Assembly: GCA_000934665.2 (NCBI GenBank)
Contig: KZ538186.1
Span: forward strand, 62,001 to 105,970
Origin: Catajapyx aquilonaris
Lineage: Eukaryota
Reading direction: 5' to 3'
Length of the DNA: 43,970 nucleotides
Shown here: positions 23,605-36,600 of the stretch, piece by piece
Numbering within the stretch: the first letter of the stretch is position 1
Layout: every line of letters starts with the position of its first letter
Position numbers and translations under genes: made by a program
The notes under the pieces: model-generated
The model's input: the letters and a program-made list of their open reading frames with translations, nothing else
Told to the model about the DNA's origin: nothing
Database searches by the model: none

Positions 23605-26600
23605 ATGGTTTGGTCTGCTCGAAAGGCGATACTGGTGGCCAGTGTGGTTGGGACGACAGTGGGAGGAACTATCCTACTCAAGTCAGTTTCAGACTTTCTT
23701 TCTCAGTAGTGATGATAGGTAGCAGTTCAAATTATTTCCCATGTGAATGGCCAAGTGTTGGACCTCCATTGCATCTGGCTAGTTTTTGTTCATGTCAGTC
23801 CAGGATGAAGAAAAATAGGTTTAAATAAGCATGTGGTTTGGGTTCATAATTCGATGTCTTCTGCCTGGCATATGCCGTATATTACACTGCTGCACCTCAC
23901 AGGTTTAATAACAAGCGGGATATGTGGTATGGAAGCGAGTACAGAACTACCAGATAACATACACGCTTAACACCAAGAAATATACAGGGAAACCTGTCTG
24001 TAACGGACCCTAGATTCAGCGGAAACATGACCATTATAGAACCACAGTTTTTAATCTTGTGGAAGATTTGCAATGTACTGTATTTCCATTGTGTATTCGA
24101 GAAACCTGTTCAGTGAAGATATGGTTTACATGGGGAGACACTGCTGTAACTGTACCCTTTCCTTTATTTTTAGATCACATGATCACACAATTTAACAAAG
24201 ACTTTAACATTGGGTAGTACAGTAGGCCTACTTGGTTTTAGGCAGAATTTTTTCCAACCAAAACTTGTGATTGCACACTTTTCATGGTGTCTTAAATGAA
24301 GCCAATTTTTTCCGTAACTTCTAAACTGCAAAGGCAACAAAATTATTAACCCTTAACCACCAACGTGGGGTCTTTTTGGACCCCACAATGTAGTTAATAC
24401 CATCGCGATTAATAAATTTGGTATGAAATGAAAAATGGCAGGCCTATATTCCTCAGACTTACTTTCTTCGATCCAATGAAAAACTTTGAAATCAGTAGAT
24501 TTTTTTTTGCCGAGTTACCGGTACTTTTATGTTGCTAAGCATCCCTGCTGGGGTCCAGATATATCCCACGTTGTAGCCAATGTACATAATTTTTTAGAGA
24601 ACACATCACAGCGCATCACAGCAAATTGTATTTTATAAAGTGTGAATCATGGTGTGAATGTTGTTATCCAGCAATAAATATTACCCGGAACTAAAATCTT
24701 GCTTTCCAACTGGGTCACCTGCAGCTGGGAATGTTTTCGTTATAAGTCATTACTTATGGCATTGGGCTGGAAGGCTACGAAGCTGCGATAACGGAGTCTC
24801 AAGTCCCTTATGACTCAACTAATGGTCACAGGAGATCGATTTTTTTTACACATACAGATGAGAATACAGCCCGAATTTAGCGGGGAAGAATGGCTTTAGT
24901 GCTATTAAGTCAAATTTAAAAAAAAAATGAAAACTGCGTGGGGTCCGTAAAGACCCCACGTCGTAGCCAATGTATGGCAGATTCACGTTAGTGGTTAAGG
25001 GTTAAATGCAGATGTTGTAATCTTTATTATCTTATATGACAGAAAAGAAAATGCTCAATGGGTATGTAATGATACCTTTTATCTATTATTTTCTTTAGTT
25101 GTGGTTAGTTAAATTATATTAACTATACTGCTAGAACTATCAGAAAGGTATGAAGCAATGATTGTTCCTTTTCTCCTAGTATACTTATAGTTAGTAACAA
25201 CATGCTTACTTTTTCAGAGAGTACATGGGAGGAAAATCATATGACAATAAAATCAGAGCAGATGGAAAGACAGTAATAGTAACTGGAGCCAACACTGGAA
25301 TTGGAAAGGAAACAGCCAAAGATTTAGCCAGACGAGGCGCTCGAGTATACATGGCATGCAGAGACATGCAGAAATGTGAAGAAGTAAGTGTGGGACCTTC
25401 CTTACTACATAAAATCACATGGTATGGGTGCTGTTCAAGGCAAGAAGTGCAAGGTACCCCTGTTACAGTATTTTATCAAACCGTAATGTGACCTTAATTT
25501 ACCAACGTCTTGCAGCTGCAGTTGCTCAAGTTAAATTCAATTCAATAAATAAAGACTGAAATGCAGCAGACCTCTTCCAAGCATGTCTTGCCTCTGACCT
25601 GCTGTTATGCAATTAAAAATTTCTTTCAGGCAAGGAAGGAAATAGTACTGAGCACAAAAAACAAGTATGTGTACTGCAGACCATGTGATTTGAGTTCCCA
25701 GGATTCCATACATGCCTTTGCTAAAGAATTTTTAAAAGGTAATTATTTGCTAGGTATTATAGGTATTATTTAGATAATTGGTATTCTCACATCTGTGCAA
25801 GAATGCATGCATGGATAATTAAAATTGGGATTAGCCATGTACACTGGGGCTCTAGAAGTCTGTGGTTGTAGCTGTTCCAATGTAAAATTACATAAAAATG
25901 GACGTGAGGAAATGATAGCTGTAATGAAAAGATACTAGAATTGTGTAATTTTTGGTTTGTTGCATGTGTGAGAATTATTCATCTCTATGCCAAAAACAAT
26001 ATTCCTTTGAAGACTAACTTAGTTTCTCAAATCAAAATTGGCTATTTTCAGAGGAGAAGCAGCTTCACATCTTAATAAACAATGCTGGTGTGATGCGTTG
26101 CCCCAAGTCACTGACCAAAGAAGGAATTGAGATGCAGCTGGGTGTAAATCATATGGGGCACTTTCTTCTAACCAACCTCTTACTGGATCGACTTAAAGTT
26201 AGTGTGTATCCCAGTTGTAACACATTCCAATTCAAGTGAACTACAATATTATTACTGCAAGTATATGGGACCAAACAGTTCCACCTTTCATAGGTGCACA
26301 TTTGTAAGGCCATTTTTGCCGCAGTGAATCACAGTTCTGCCCCAGTTTCCAGGCAGTCCACTGCCATTTTTCCATTCCTTCCTTTTTCCACATTTACTAC
26401 TTCTGAGCACATGTGCATCCTTTGGCAGACTTCACCTAGGCTTCCAATCAGCACAGAGTGCTTAAGATTGGCCACCCAGTTCAAAGCACCTCATGTAAGG
26501 TGTGCCTTACACAGGTGCATTTAACACATGAATTTAAAAGGAATGCTTAGGTAAGAGCACCATAGTCCATATGTAGGATGATTTTTAGTCCCTGGTACTT

Positions 26601-29600
26601 GTAGTCTCTCGACTAGAAACCAGTCATTGACTTTTTAACACGCCATGTGTTCAAATTGAAGTGTCCATAGTGATTAGTGATATTTTGCTACTGAGCTGCT
26701 TGCACGTATTATGCAGTTACTTTTGAACAGATACATTCAGGTGTTATTAGGTGTTACTTAAAAACTAGTTGGTAATATTCTAGTGAATGGAAGCATCCTT
26801 TCAGGCCATGAATTGAAAGTGATCCATTTTGACACAGTGGCATGTGAATTCAGTGGTTGAAAACTTTTTTTTTTCAGTGTACACCCACATCCATTAAAAA
26901 GGAATTTTCCGTACACCCTAAAGGTCAGCAGCGTAGCCTAGTGGTTTAGGCTCTGTAGCCATACAATCTCGATGGTCCTGAGTTCAATCCCTGCATTGGG
27001 CGGAAGATATTTGGAAAGTTTTTATGGGAGAACCAGGTTTACTTGGGTTGTCTCAGGGTCTCATGTTTCCTCCCATATTCAAAATTCGGAAGGAGTAGGG
27101 TTGACAGGCGTCGCGGAAGGCAGAGGGTGAGTAGTGGCCGGGGGCCATGGCTGTGTCGCAAACACAAGGTTGCAAGTATTGATTTTTTGGATTTCGTAAT
27201 GACAGACCGAAGGTGGCAGGAGAAGGGGTATGCTGTACCAACCCAACCTAACCCTTGTGGATACAGACCTATCTTCAGTGGATACGTGCCTATCCTTCAG
27301 CCTGTCTGCTTGGTTTTTGCGACACAGCCATTGCCCCCAGCCACACTCACCCTCCCGCCTTCTGCGATGCCTGTCAACCCAACTCCAAACTCCATCCCAA
27401 AATTCATCGCCAGCACAGTGACTTGATAAAGTCAGTCTTGTTAAAAGAACCATAAGAGGCCACATTCCTACATTGTCAAGAGTCTCATTATTAGTACAGT
27501 AGTAGTAGTTAATTTTTTATAATCCCTAAAAGTAACTGTTCAAAAGTAACTACTTTGATAATCAACTTAATGCCAAAAAATAACTAAAATGGACACCTGC
27601 TTGGAACATGCTGTATCTATAAGCTGTCTATACCAAGATTGCAGTGGTTCTTTGCCCATTACCAAGGCAAGTTGGCACGGTGAAGTGAAAGGCGAGAACG
27701 GGGAGACTGACCAAGTAGTTTATTTCGGGTGCTAGGCCTGGTGCGGACAGGTGCGGACCTCTGAGGGCGTGCATTAACAGGTACAGCTCTGGCTTGGCCT
27801 CACTGCTGTGCCGCCACTCTGTCCGACAGGTCCGGATAAATTCTGGCAGGGAATGTAGCTGCCACCATGTAACATTGACACCTCCTTTGCGATTTTTTTT
27901 TTCTTTCTTCTTTTTTATTTGTAATACCCAGTGATAGGGCCTTGTGCCCTTTTAGGGGGGGAAAGGGAGGGCACTCTTCATCAGTTTCTAGTCATTCTGA
28001 CCCTCTTAAATACCAGACCTTTTCTCTTGGACCTGGGCAGAGAAGGGAGCGCAATTCTGCCCGGACATGTCAGGTGAAAAGCGGAAAAAGACCCGACCAA
28101 GCGAAGGTGACGGAGGAATTGAAACCCGAACCTCCTGCTTGGCTGGCCAGTAGCATAGCCACTAGACCACCATGCCCCCCCTTTGTGATTAGTTAAAATC
28201 ATGATAATGGCCAAACACCCACTGCAACTTTGGACTAGACAGCCCATATGTGTACAGGTTGAAGGAATTTTTGCGCCCAATCGCCAGGTAGACTGATAGT
28301 ACTCGCAAAACTAATATATGGTTGTGCAATTCGTTTTGGGCGCAGTTGCGTAGTCAATGCGTATGGCACCTTTAAAGTGTAGAGTGTCAGATGGTGGCAT
28401 ATTGCATATGAGGTAAGAAAACGACGAAGTGCACAGGTGTCGCACCCGGGTTCATTCTCTGACAGGATTTGATCACCTACTGTACATGGACGCTGAGTTA
28501 CGGACCCAATGCCGGGTTATTTAGAGGGCCTCCAGCTGACTTTTGCTTCTTTGAAACTGGTGGAACGGATGTGACGTCACGAAACTTTGAAGGTGCTGTA
28601 TGCATTAACTATGCATTGGTGCCCAAAACTAGTTGCCCATCCCTATATAAGTTTTGCCAGTACTATCAGTCTACCTGGCGATTGGGCACGAAAATTCCTT
28701 CACCCTGTATATGCATGTACCGAAGCAGGTTGGCATGGTGGATAAGGCGTCCAACTGCTAATCGGGAGGTTCTGGGTTCGAATCCCGAGGCTGACGATCC
28801 TGACCGTTGTTTTCTGTGGTTTTCCACAGTCTTCCTAGGATAATTCCGGGGTCGCTTCCGTATAATAGGGCACAGCCGCTTCCTTCCTTCCCTATCCTTG
28901 GAGGTTGAAGAGGCAATACCAGGCCAACCTCCCTAATATCAATTATAAAGTGTATATGTATGTTGGTGGGAGAAATCCCCCCCCTAGAAAAGCCCGGTAG
29001 GCTGATAATGGGGTATCAAATTATTTATTATTATTATTATTATATGTATGTAGGTTTATATATCTTTGCGTAACTAATGAATCTTTGCAGGAACATGCTC
29101 CTAGTAGAATAGTGACTGTCTCCAGCATAGCTCACAAGAGAGGAAAGATCAACTTTGATGACCTGAACAGTGACAAAAGTTATGATCCTGGGGCATCTTA
29201 CAACCAGTCAAAATTGGCCAATGTGCTGTTTACAAGGGAACTTGCCAACCAACTACAAGGGACTAGTGTTACTGCCAACAGCCTCCATCCAGGGGTGATT
29301 AAAACGGAACTCTGGAGGCACATGGGAATATACAAAAGCTACTTCTCCAGTTTTGTCCTTGGTCCTTTCATATGGTTATTGTTCAAGAATGCCAGGCAGG
29401 GTGCACAGACCACACTATTTGTGGCACTTGAGGAATCACTCTGCAGCTGCAGTGGAAAGTACTTCAGGTGAGACCTTGACCCTCACAACCCAAGTACATA
29501 TACAAAGTGTTCAAAAACAGGTAATGTAACATCTATATGTCGTAGCCCCATAGCGAAATTGGGCACATCATGAAATGTCTACTGAAATTGGACACATGCT

Positions 29601-30469
29601 GTAGTGCAATCTCCCGTGAAGAATTACAGCATGTTCCCAGAAATATTGGACTGTTCGCGAAGTGTCAGCAGTGGGTTGGACTGATTCCGTAATTCAAAAT
29701 CTACTCAGTGTACATGAGCAGCTGAGCAAAACGAGAAGGTGTGGAGGGCATCAGGAGAGGCAGGGTGCAGGTCAGATCTGCCCATGACCTGGACGAAATG
29801 TGAGGAGGGAATGTCTGGAAGTCCAGGAGTTGGTCCTGACTCTTGAGCCAAAGGGTAGTCCAGGGCAGGTATGGTTTGGGGAGGCACTCTGCATCTCCTG
29901 ATGCACTCCACACCTTCTGGTTTTGCTCAGCTGCTCATGTACTGTACACTGGGTAGATTCTGAATTACGGAATCAGTCCAACCTGTTGCTGACACTTCGC
30001 GACGAGTCCAACATTTCTGGGCACATGCTGTAATTCTTCACGGGAATAGGGGAGGTGTGGTGGCCGAGATGGTAACGTCTCGGCTTGCTGAGTGAAAGGC
30101 CCCAGGTTCGATCCCCGCCTGGGGAACTTCCTTTCACCTGCGTCGGGAGGGTCTCTGACCTGCACCAAGGAGGTGTCTGGCAACCTAACCTCCTGGGGGA
30201 CTGCACATGGCCCAAAAGGCTAAGACAATGCACCTGCACAAGTGTCCCCTCCCCAACAATCCCTTTCCCTACCCTATATCCTGAACAAGCCCTTGCACGG
30301 AGATTGAAGAATGGTATAATCATTCACTTGAAGTCAGAATAATAGAGCTCATATATATTGTTACTTTTACAGTGACTTAGCAGAAGCTGAGGTGTCCGAG
30401 GCAGCAAAAGATACTGAAGCAGGAAAGCGGTTGTGGGCCATCAGCGAAAAATGGACGCATCTGAAATAG
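23605..30469 (+). CDS. RDH13: Retinol dehydrogenase 13-like short-chain dehydrogenase/reductase, 323 aa, 6 exons
   Basis: Exons 23605-23681, 25218-25383, 25630-25738, 26052-26197, 29091-29467 and 30373-30469 total 972 nt with consistent phases and GT-AG introns. Hydrophobic N-terminus, [34 protein letters not shown] and LWAISEKW motifs. Exact orthology within RDH11-14 needs a tree. Confidence 0.92.
24350..25001. mobile_element. piggyBac-type MITE (~650 bp)
   Basis: TTAA on both sides; TIR CCCTTAACCAC(C/T)AACGTG; internal palindromic repeats TGGGGTC..GACCCCAC near 24365, 24548 (degenerate) and 24938. Confidence 0.88.
26925..27060 (+). mobile_element. Degenerate tRNA-derived SINE head
   Basis: A box TAGCCTAGTGG and B box GAGTTCAATCC; no pairing acceptor stem. 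Confidence 0.55.
27092..27386. mobile_element. MITE with ~77-bp GC-rich inverted arms
   Basis: GGAGTAGGGTTGACAGGCGTCGC...GCTGTGTCGCAAA is the reverse complement of TTTGCGACACAGC...GCGATGCCTGTCAACCCAACTCC. Confidence 0.75.
27895..28179 (-). mobile_element. tRNA-derived SINE with A-rich tail
   Basis: Minus-strand head GGGGGCATGGTGGTCTAGTGG...GGTTTCAATTCC; poly-T run on plus at 27893-27920; imperfect TSD CCTTTG(C/T)GATT. Confidence 0.75.
28255..28707. mobile_element. CAGGG-terminal Tc1/mariner-type MITE with ~110-bp arms
   Basis: CAGGTTGAAGGAATTTTTGCGCCCAATCGCCAGGTAGACTGATAGTACT ... AGTACTATCAGTCTACCTGGCGATTGGGCACGAAAATTCCTTCACCCTG, TA flanks. Confidence 0.85.
28720..29040 (+). mobile_element. 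tRNA-derived SINE with (TTA)n tail
   Basis: A box TGGCATGGTGG, B box GGTTCGAATCC, (TTA)n tail; 12-bp TSD TATATG(C/T)ATGTA. Confidence 0.82.
29612..30045. mobile_element. Foldback-type MITE with ~155-bp inverted arms
   Basis: TCCCGTGAAGAATTACAGCATG...GCATCAGGAGA (29612-29768) is the reverse complement of 29884-30045. Confidence 0.85.
30049..30330 (+). mobile_element. tRNA-derived SINE
   Basis: Head GGGGAGGTGTGGTGGCCGAGATGGTAA...GGTTCGATCCCC followed by a non-tRNA body; 3' end approximate. Confidence 0.7.
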
Positions 30470-31023
30470 AATCTTCAAATTCTATGCAGACTCTTAGTGT
30501 TGTTGCACTCGGCACAACTATTGCTTGCAGAACAGCTCAGACATGGTATGGTCCCATTGTTACCACAACTATTTGTGTCACAGATTGATGGATTATCCCA
30601 AAGTTTTGGATAGTAATGTTTGTAACATTGTTGCAAATTACCTCTGTGCAGTAATTTGAATATGATTAAATATCTCTTTGGTACCTGCTGCACTTCATTT
30701 TTTATGCCCTTTACTAGGTTAAGCCTTACCAGGACTGAAAAATGTTTTGCTATAAATGCTCCTGAGTAGATTTATTTAACAAATGACACATCTACATTTT
30801 CAAAACAAATTCGGAGACTCCTGAGAATAATGAAAATTAATGTAATCAGGACTTATTTAATCACTTCTACAAAGAGCTAAACTGAAGGAATGTGACAAAA
30901 TAAGGCAAATAGAAATAGTAAAAAATTCCTAAGTAAAACATATACCAGTACATGTGCGACTAGCTTTACAATCTGCAAGTCTTTGGCATCGTTTCTGGTC
31001 CCATTAAGAAAGTGTTGGCAAAA

Positions 31024-33568
31024 TCAGTCCTGTGGTTCAACACCAACAATCGCACAAGTCTTCTCGTAAAGTTGCTTGCAGAGGAGGTCATTTTTAGCTA
31101 TGTCTGAAGGCTCCTTGATTTCACAATCACTGCAAAGAAAAACTGTTGATGTATCGGAAATTGCCCTTGGTATGGCATGACTCACCTGAAATATTTTCCA
31201 GAGGTCTGATTTAGTTCTGGTGCTACTGCCAAGTAGATAGCAGTCTGGGCACCTTGAAGCGGGGTCTTCATGAACAGCCACACCCAGGGAGCAAGGGAAA
31301 AGCGCATCATGAAGTTGGAGTTGAATGGCGAGAGGCGAAAGAGACGAGTGCCACGTACCAAACCAGGATTCAGTGTGTTGATAGTAACACCGTCTGCAAA
31401 GGCAGAAATTAGAGCAAGCCAGACACAGCCAAATTTTTATATTCCTTTGAAATGTACAACCAAGAGGGGATTGAATTACTCTTCGTATAGCAAAATTATC
31501 CCTAGCATAGTTGGACAAGTAATTTGACTTCAAAAAACCAGGGATGGAAAAAGTACCGCTTCCTTCCAAGAAGCGCTTCTTTTTTCCATGTGCAGGGATA
31601 GAAAAAGAACCGCTTACCGCCCAAAGAAGCGGTTCTTTTTCCATCCCTGCAAAAAACGCAAGGTTGATTTGATTCCTAGCAGTTTAAAAAGGAGATTACT
31701 AATGTATTAGTAAGTTACAGAACTGATTTGCAATGTGTTATTTTGTATGCATTGATATCGTCACTTTAACATAGGTTATGCAATTACCTGCAAGGGTCCA
31801 CTTTCCAACCAACCTCACAACTTGTGTCTACGACTCTTGCCTGTATCTCGCTGCCGTACTATGATAGCAATGGCAATGTACAGAATAGCAAGGTACTGCA
31901 ATATGTAGGTAACGGCTGTGCTGCACAGTCGATTCAACCACTCCAAGAACATTTCTAACTGTATTGGTATTTTGGTAGCAAATGAGCAGCCTACTGGAGA
32001 ATCAGGCAGACACCTATCAATCACACTTCTTGCTCTCCCACTTTGCGCAGCATAAACACAGCAATACTGCACTACTAATGGAGAAATTGGCTAATACATC
32101 CTGCAGTAGCCATGTATAAATACGTAAGCAATCAACCACAAATGCAAGACCTGGAGCTAATAACCCGTATGCAACAGCAGGAAAAAACCACTATAAAACA
32201 TATTTCCCAGTAGATGTCCCAGCAGGCTGCTTCTTGCCATGCTCCAGAATAGGTGAGTCATCACGAGCTTGTTTACTCAGTGAACATTGCAATGGTGTGA
32301 AATTTAACACCTTATGGGGGAAGTAAGGAACCATTCTAGACTGATAAGGGCACCTTTCTGGGAGTATGTAGATATTCTGGAAAGTAACTTTGTGTGGATG
32401 GTGTGGGCTACTCTTGCAAAATCTGCAACGTAGCTCTCTGGGCTTTTTATGCCTTTATGTGAAAGTGAGACTGGTACTTAATGGCTCCGTGGCAGAAAGT
32501 AGACACCAAGTGTAGCCTACTGCATTTGTATAAGTGCGATATGCTGACAGAAGTGCTCTTGGTAAGTACTTTCACAGCTAGAAATCAACTTCGGCTATGC
32601 AGGGACAGTCTGTAAAACAGTATTTTTCAAACATTTTTGACAGTGGCCCACTTCGTGGAGGGAAAAAGGATGAAAGGAGAGGATTGCACTGTAAGTTAAA
32701 ATTAGTGAACACTGACAAGGCCTATCTCAACCTTGATTCATAATGCTAGTCACTACCAGCAAATGTACAATCTAATTATAAGTGTTGCAACAAGAGCTGT
32801 AATGGTTCCTATATCCCGAGTTGGATCCAATTCGCAGGTCCACAGAAATGTACCTGAGCATTTCCAGAAAGGCCTTCAGTGAATTTAGTGACTGACTCCT
32901 ACCTCAAAGGTTGCCATAAAAGTGATATGGAGACAGTATTGAATAGAATGTATGACCCAACAAAAAAAGTGCCCTCAAATGCAGATATGACAGTATCATG
33001 GTCAGGATCACTCAGCCAATGTATGGCACCAAAATGAGTAAGGGCCCAGATATGTACTAAAGGTTGCAAGCAGCATATGGCGACGATTCATATTCCACTG
33101 GTAACAACAGACAGTAGTGGATCAAGCTGTCCTCATGTGATTTACCAGTTCCCTTTCCATGTGCCGTACAAACAAAAATATGGGCTGCTGGCAAAATTCA
33201 CTGTGATTTTAACCAAATGTATATGTGAGATACTGTTAACGAGGAGGCAGAGTGGTGCTGCGGTAACGTATGCTCCCATGGATGTAGGGGTCCTGTGTTC
33301 GATCCCGAAAGAGCCCTGGAATTTCCCCCTTCATCTCATGTAGAGTTCGGGGTAATCTCTGGCTTTGTCTTGGGTGGGATTTCCACTAGACTAACCACCC
33401 GGGGGAGTTCACAAAATGACCATAGCAACGACATTGCACTTGCACTTTGCACATCCCCTCCCAGTCACCCTGCCCTTGGACCAGGGCACTCGTCGTTAAT
33501 GACAAACTGTACCTTGAGGCAAATAAAGGTGTGTGCAAAAACCTCTTCTGAAGTATGCACAACACCCA

Positions 33569-33603
<35 letters not shown>

Positions 33604-36600
33604 TACTTTTACTATTACTGTGCTATATCACTAAAAAAGAGGCAGATGATTTTGCATTTGGTTTCAATGCAGTATCATCTCCATCTTTTAGGACAACCTA
33701 CAGTGCGGAAAACGAAACTGCGATCTGACATCATTCTTTTTTGTTGACATTGTTTACTCATACAGTTCTGTGAGGGTATTTCTATGGAAACCTTGATGAC
33801 ATCAGATCGCTGTTTCGTTTTCCACACTGTAGTTGTACATCCAAAGCCTCGGGCTTATTCAATTTTATTTGCCATCATGCCCATTCATGGTGGACTGATG
33901 CATGTTCATATGAGTCACCTTTATGTGCTTCAGAATTTACATCATATCCATATTGGTGGATATGCCAACATTAAGTTGGTACTCCCGAGCCTTTGTGCAC
34001 TGGTCAAAAGAACTGAAGTCTCACTCCCCAAGCACAACTCTATCTCTCTATCTCCCCTCCCCCTCCCCTCAAGGTGCCATCAAGACTTGCAGGTGCACTC
34101 ATTTCTGCCAATATGGAAGTGAGCTCAATTCTGAAACACATGGTATAAAGGGGATGTAGGAGGAGTGTTGTGTGAGACAAGACTGAGAAGGGTTGTGAAG
34201 GGCAGGGTACAATAGAATCAACTGCCTGGCAAGCTTTGAAGTCTCATCTGCCATTGTCCAATACTTGCCCAACACCAATGAAGTTCACCTAGCACGAAAA
34301 TCACATGCATGTCGATGTTACAAATACGAATTACTTGAGAATGAATCATGTTTTAATCACACAACTTATATGCTAATGAGCCACATGGAAGAGCTATGTT
34401 GGGGCGAGATATCAATGCATTTGTCAGTGGAACAAGATGAATAGGACAGTATTTATTTAGCGCGCCGGGGGCCATGGAGTTTGCCCAGAGTGCTAAACGC
34501 GCCACAAAGTTCGCCTAGAAGCAGGTGACATCGCCATGGGCAGCAATGACGGCCTCCACACAACACGACATGTGTTGAATGAGCTCTGGCACTCGGCTAG
34601 AGTGATGGTGTCCCGAACCTCCCGTAGTTTGGCCCTCGAGGGATGCCTTGGTGCAAGGATGTTTCCTCTGAAGTACCTTCTTCATGATTTATTTCCAGTC
34701 TGTCTCAATCGGATTGAGATCCAGGGTGCTCCATGGCCACGTAGAATGTCAACCCCCTTGTCTGCTTCCGCTGTTTTGGCAAGATGCAAAGTCCTGTTGA
34801 AATATTACGTTGACATCCGGATGTAAGGTTGCTATTGAGGGCACACACAGCGGATGGTCTCTCAAAATCTCCTGAAACATGGCTGTATCGATGGTGCCAC
34901 TGATTCCGTGAAAGTTGCCAAGGCCGACACCACCCATGCATCCCCACACCATAATGCTGTGTGCATGTTTGACGGTTCTAGTGAGACATTGGGATGGTAC
35001 GCAGCTTCCTTTGTTTGCAGTACCCGATTATGGATGTCCCTGTACTGACTAATTCATCGCGAAACTTGACTAATTCCACATCTGATGTGCCCAATGCTTC
35101 CATTCCTTCTCCAAAGCAAGTTTTTTTCCTGTTCTAGTACCATCGAGAGTGGTTTCTTCTTGCCCTATTGTCAAGAGGTGAGGTCCTCATTTCATGAATT
35201 CCCCGTTAGTCTTTGATAAGTTACACATAAAAGTTCATCCTCATGTCACGGATGCAGAGTCGACAGGTTGTTGTGGGGACCACCTTTTGGGTCACCTCTG
35301 ACCATTTTGAAATTGATGGTCGCTGAACTCCTTTCGCCGATTTTGCGACACATTATTTTCAGGTCTCAGTTTTTCCTTGCTGCTGTTGCCTGGTGATGTC
35401 CATAATAAGGTTTTTCTGGATGGTTCTTGTCGTTTTGTTACTTCATGTGATGGCCCTTACCATGGAGCATATGGCACATGCCCTTCTTGTCCAACCACAT
35501 ATGCAGACTTTCCTTCTTCAGAGCTCTTCCCTATCACCTTGCATACCTCTGGAGGAATGGGCTTACCACCTCCTGTTATTGTTATTTTCAGACACAGAGT
35601 GCAATGAGTAATGGCATTGTGGTGCAGGGCCAGAGACCTGCCCTTTTTTTCCCATCTGGCACAAGCGCATCAGTCTGTATTTAACAGTGGGCAAACTTTG
35701 TGGCGCGTTTAGCGCTCTGGGCGAACTCCATGGCCCCCAGCGTGCTAAATAAATACTGTCCTATTCATCTTGTTCCACTGACAAATGCATTGTTATCTCG
35801 CCCCAACATTGCTCTTTCATGTGGCTCATTTGCATATAAGTTGTGTGATTAAAACATGATTCATTCTCAAGTAATCTGTATTTGTAACATCGATATGCAG
35901 GTGATTTTCGTGCTAGGCGAACTTCATTGGTGTTGGGCAAGTACAGTCTCAGCATGTAACACAACATTTGATAACAAATAAGGAAAACCTATTGATTATG
36001 TACCATGTTTACATTGCCGTATAGTTTGAAACATTATTCTGACTTCCTAGATGCAAGAAGCCTCCAGGCTTTAACTTCCTCCTCCAGATATTCCTTTTTT
36101 CGGGATGTAACCTCATTTCCAGACCCTGCACCCTATTTGTCGTGATTGACCCCTATTAAAATAACCAGATTAGTGGCAAACCTTAGGCACCTATCACCCA
36201 GACTTCCTTTAATGAGTCGCGCCATCACGCTTGACAACGAAAACGACTGCACTTGGTGTAATCTAAATGAACCCTACTCTCTCTATCATATACTTTACAA
36301 CTGTCCAATTTTCCTTACCCCTTGCAAAGCCTTCTTATTTAATATCCCCAACTATCCTCCAGACAAATTTCACTGTTTATTTATTTCCCTCTCATCAGAA
36401 AAGGCCTTTTTACTCTATAATTTTTTTGAAAAAGTTGCTAAAATTATGGAACTGTGCAATTNTCCCCCCCCCCCCCCCCCCACGTGATATATCAGTGTGT
36501 TTTTTTGACAAATGTTTTTGATTCCAATTTCCAAGTTTGTCTCTCTTTACTTTTTTTTGAAAGGTTAGCCCTCGCCATGTTATTGTACCCATATATCTGG

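Noticed and set aside
28720..30125. tRNA-like sequences at 28725-28790 and 30049-30125 (also 26925, 2985-3060, 41790-41862) as tRNA genes
   Set aside because: Acceptor and anticodon stems do not pair properly, and most continue into a SINE body with a tail or TSD.
31024..31644. 206-aa minus-strand ORF
   Set aside because: Only the last 35 codons are in the true RDH frame; the rest crosses an intron, an off-frame exon and a hAT MITE.
33295..33747. 150-aa ORF with a poly-Tyr tract
   Set aside because: Translation of a SINE body and (TAT)n microsatellite.
36461..36481. Poly-C run next to an N as a possible G-quadruplex or element boundary
   Set aside because: The ambiguous base at 36462 suggests a contig join or low-quality sequence; adjacency across it is unreliable.
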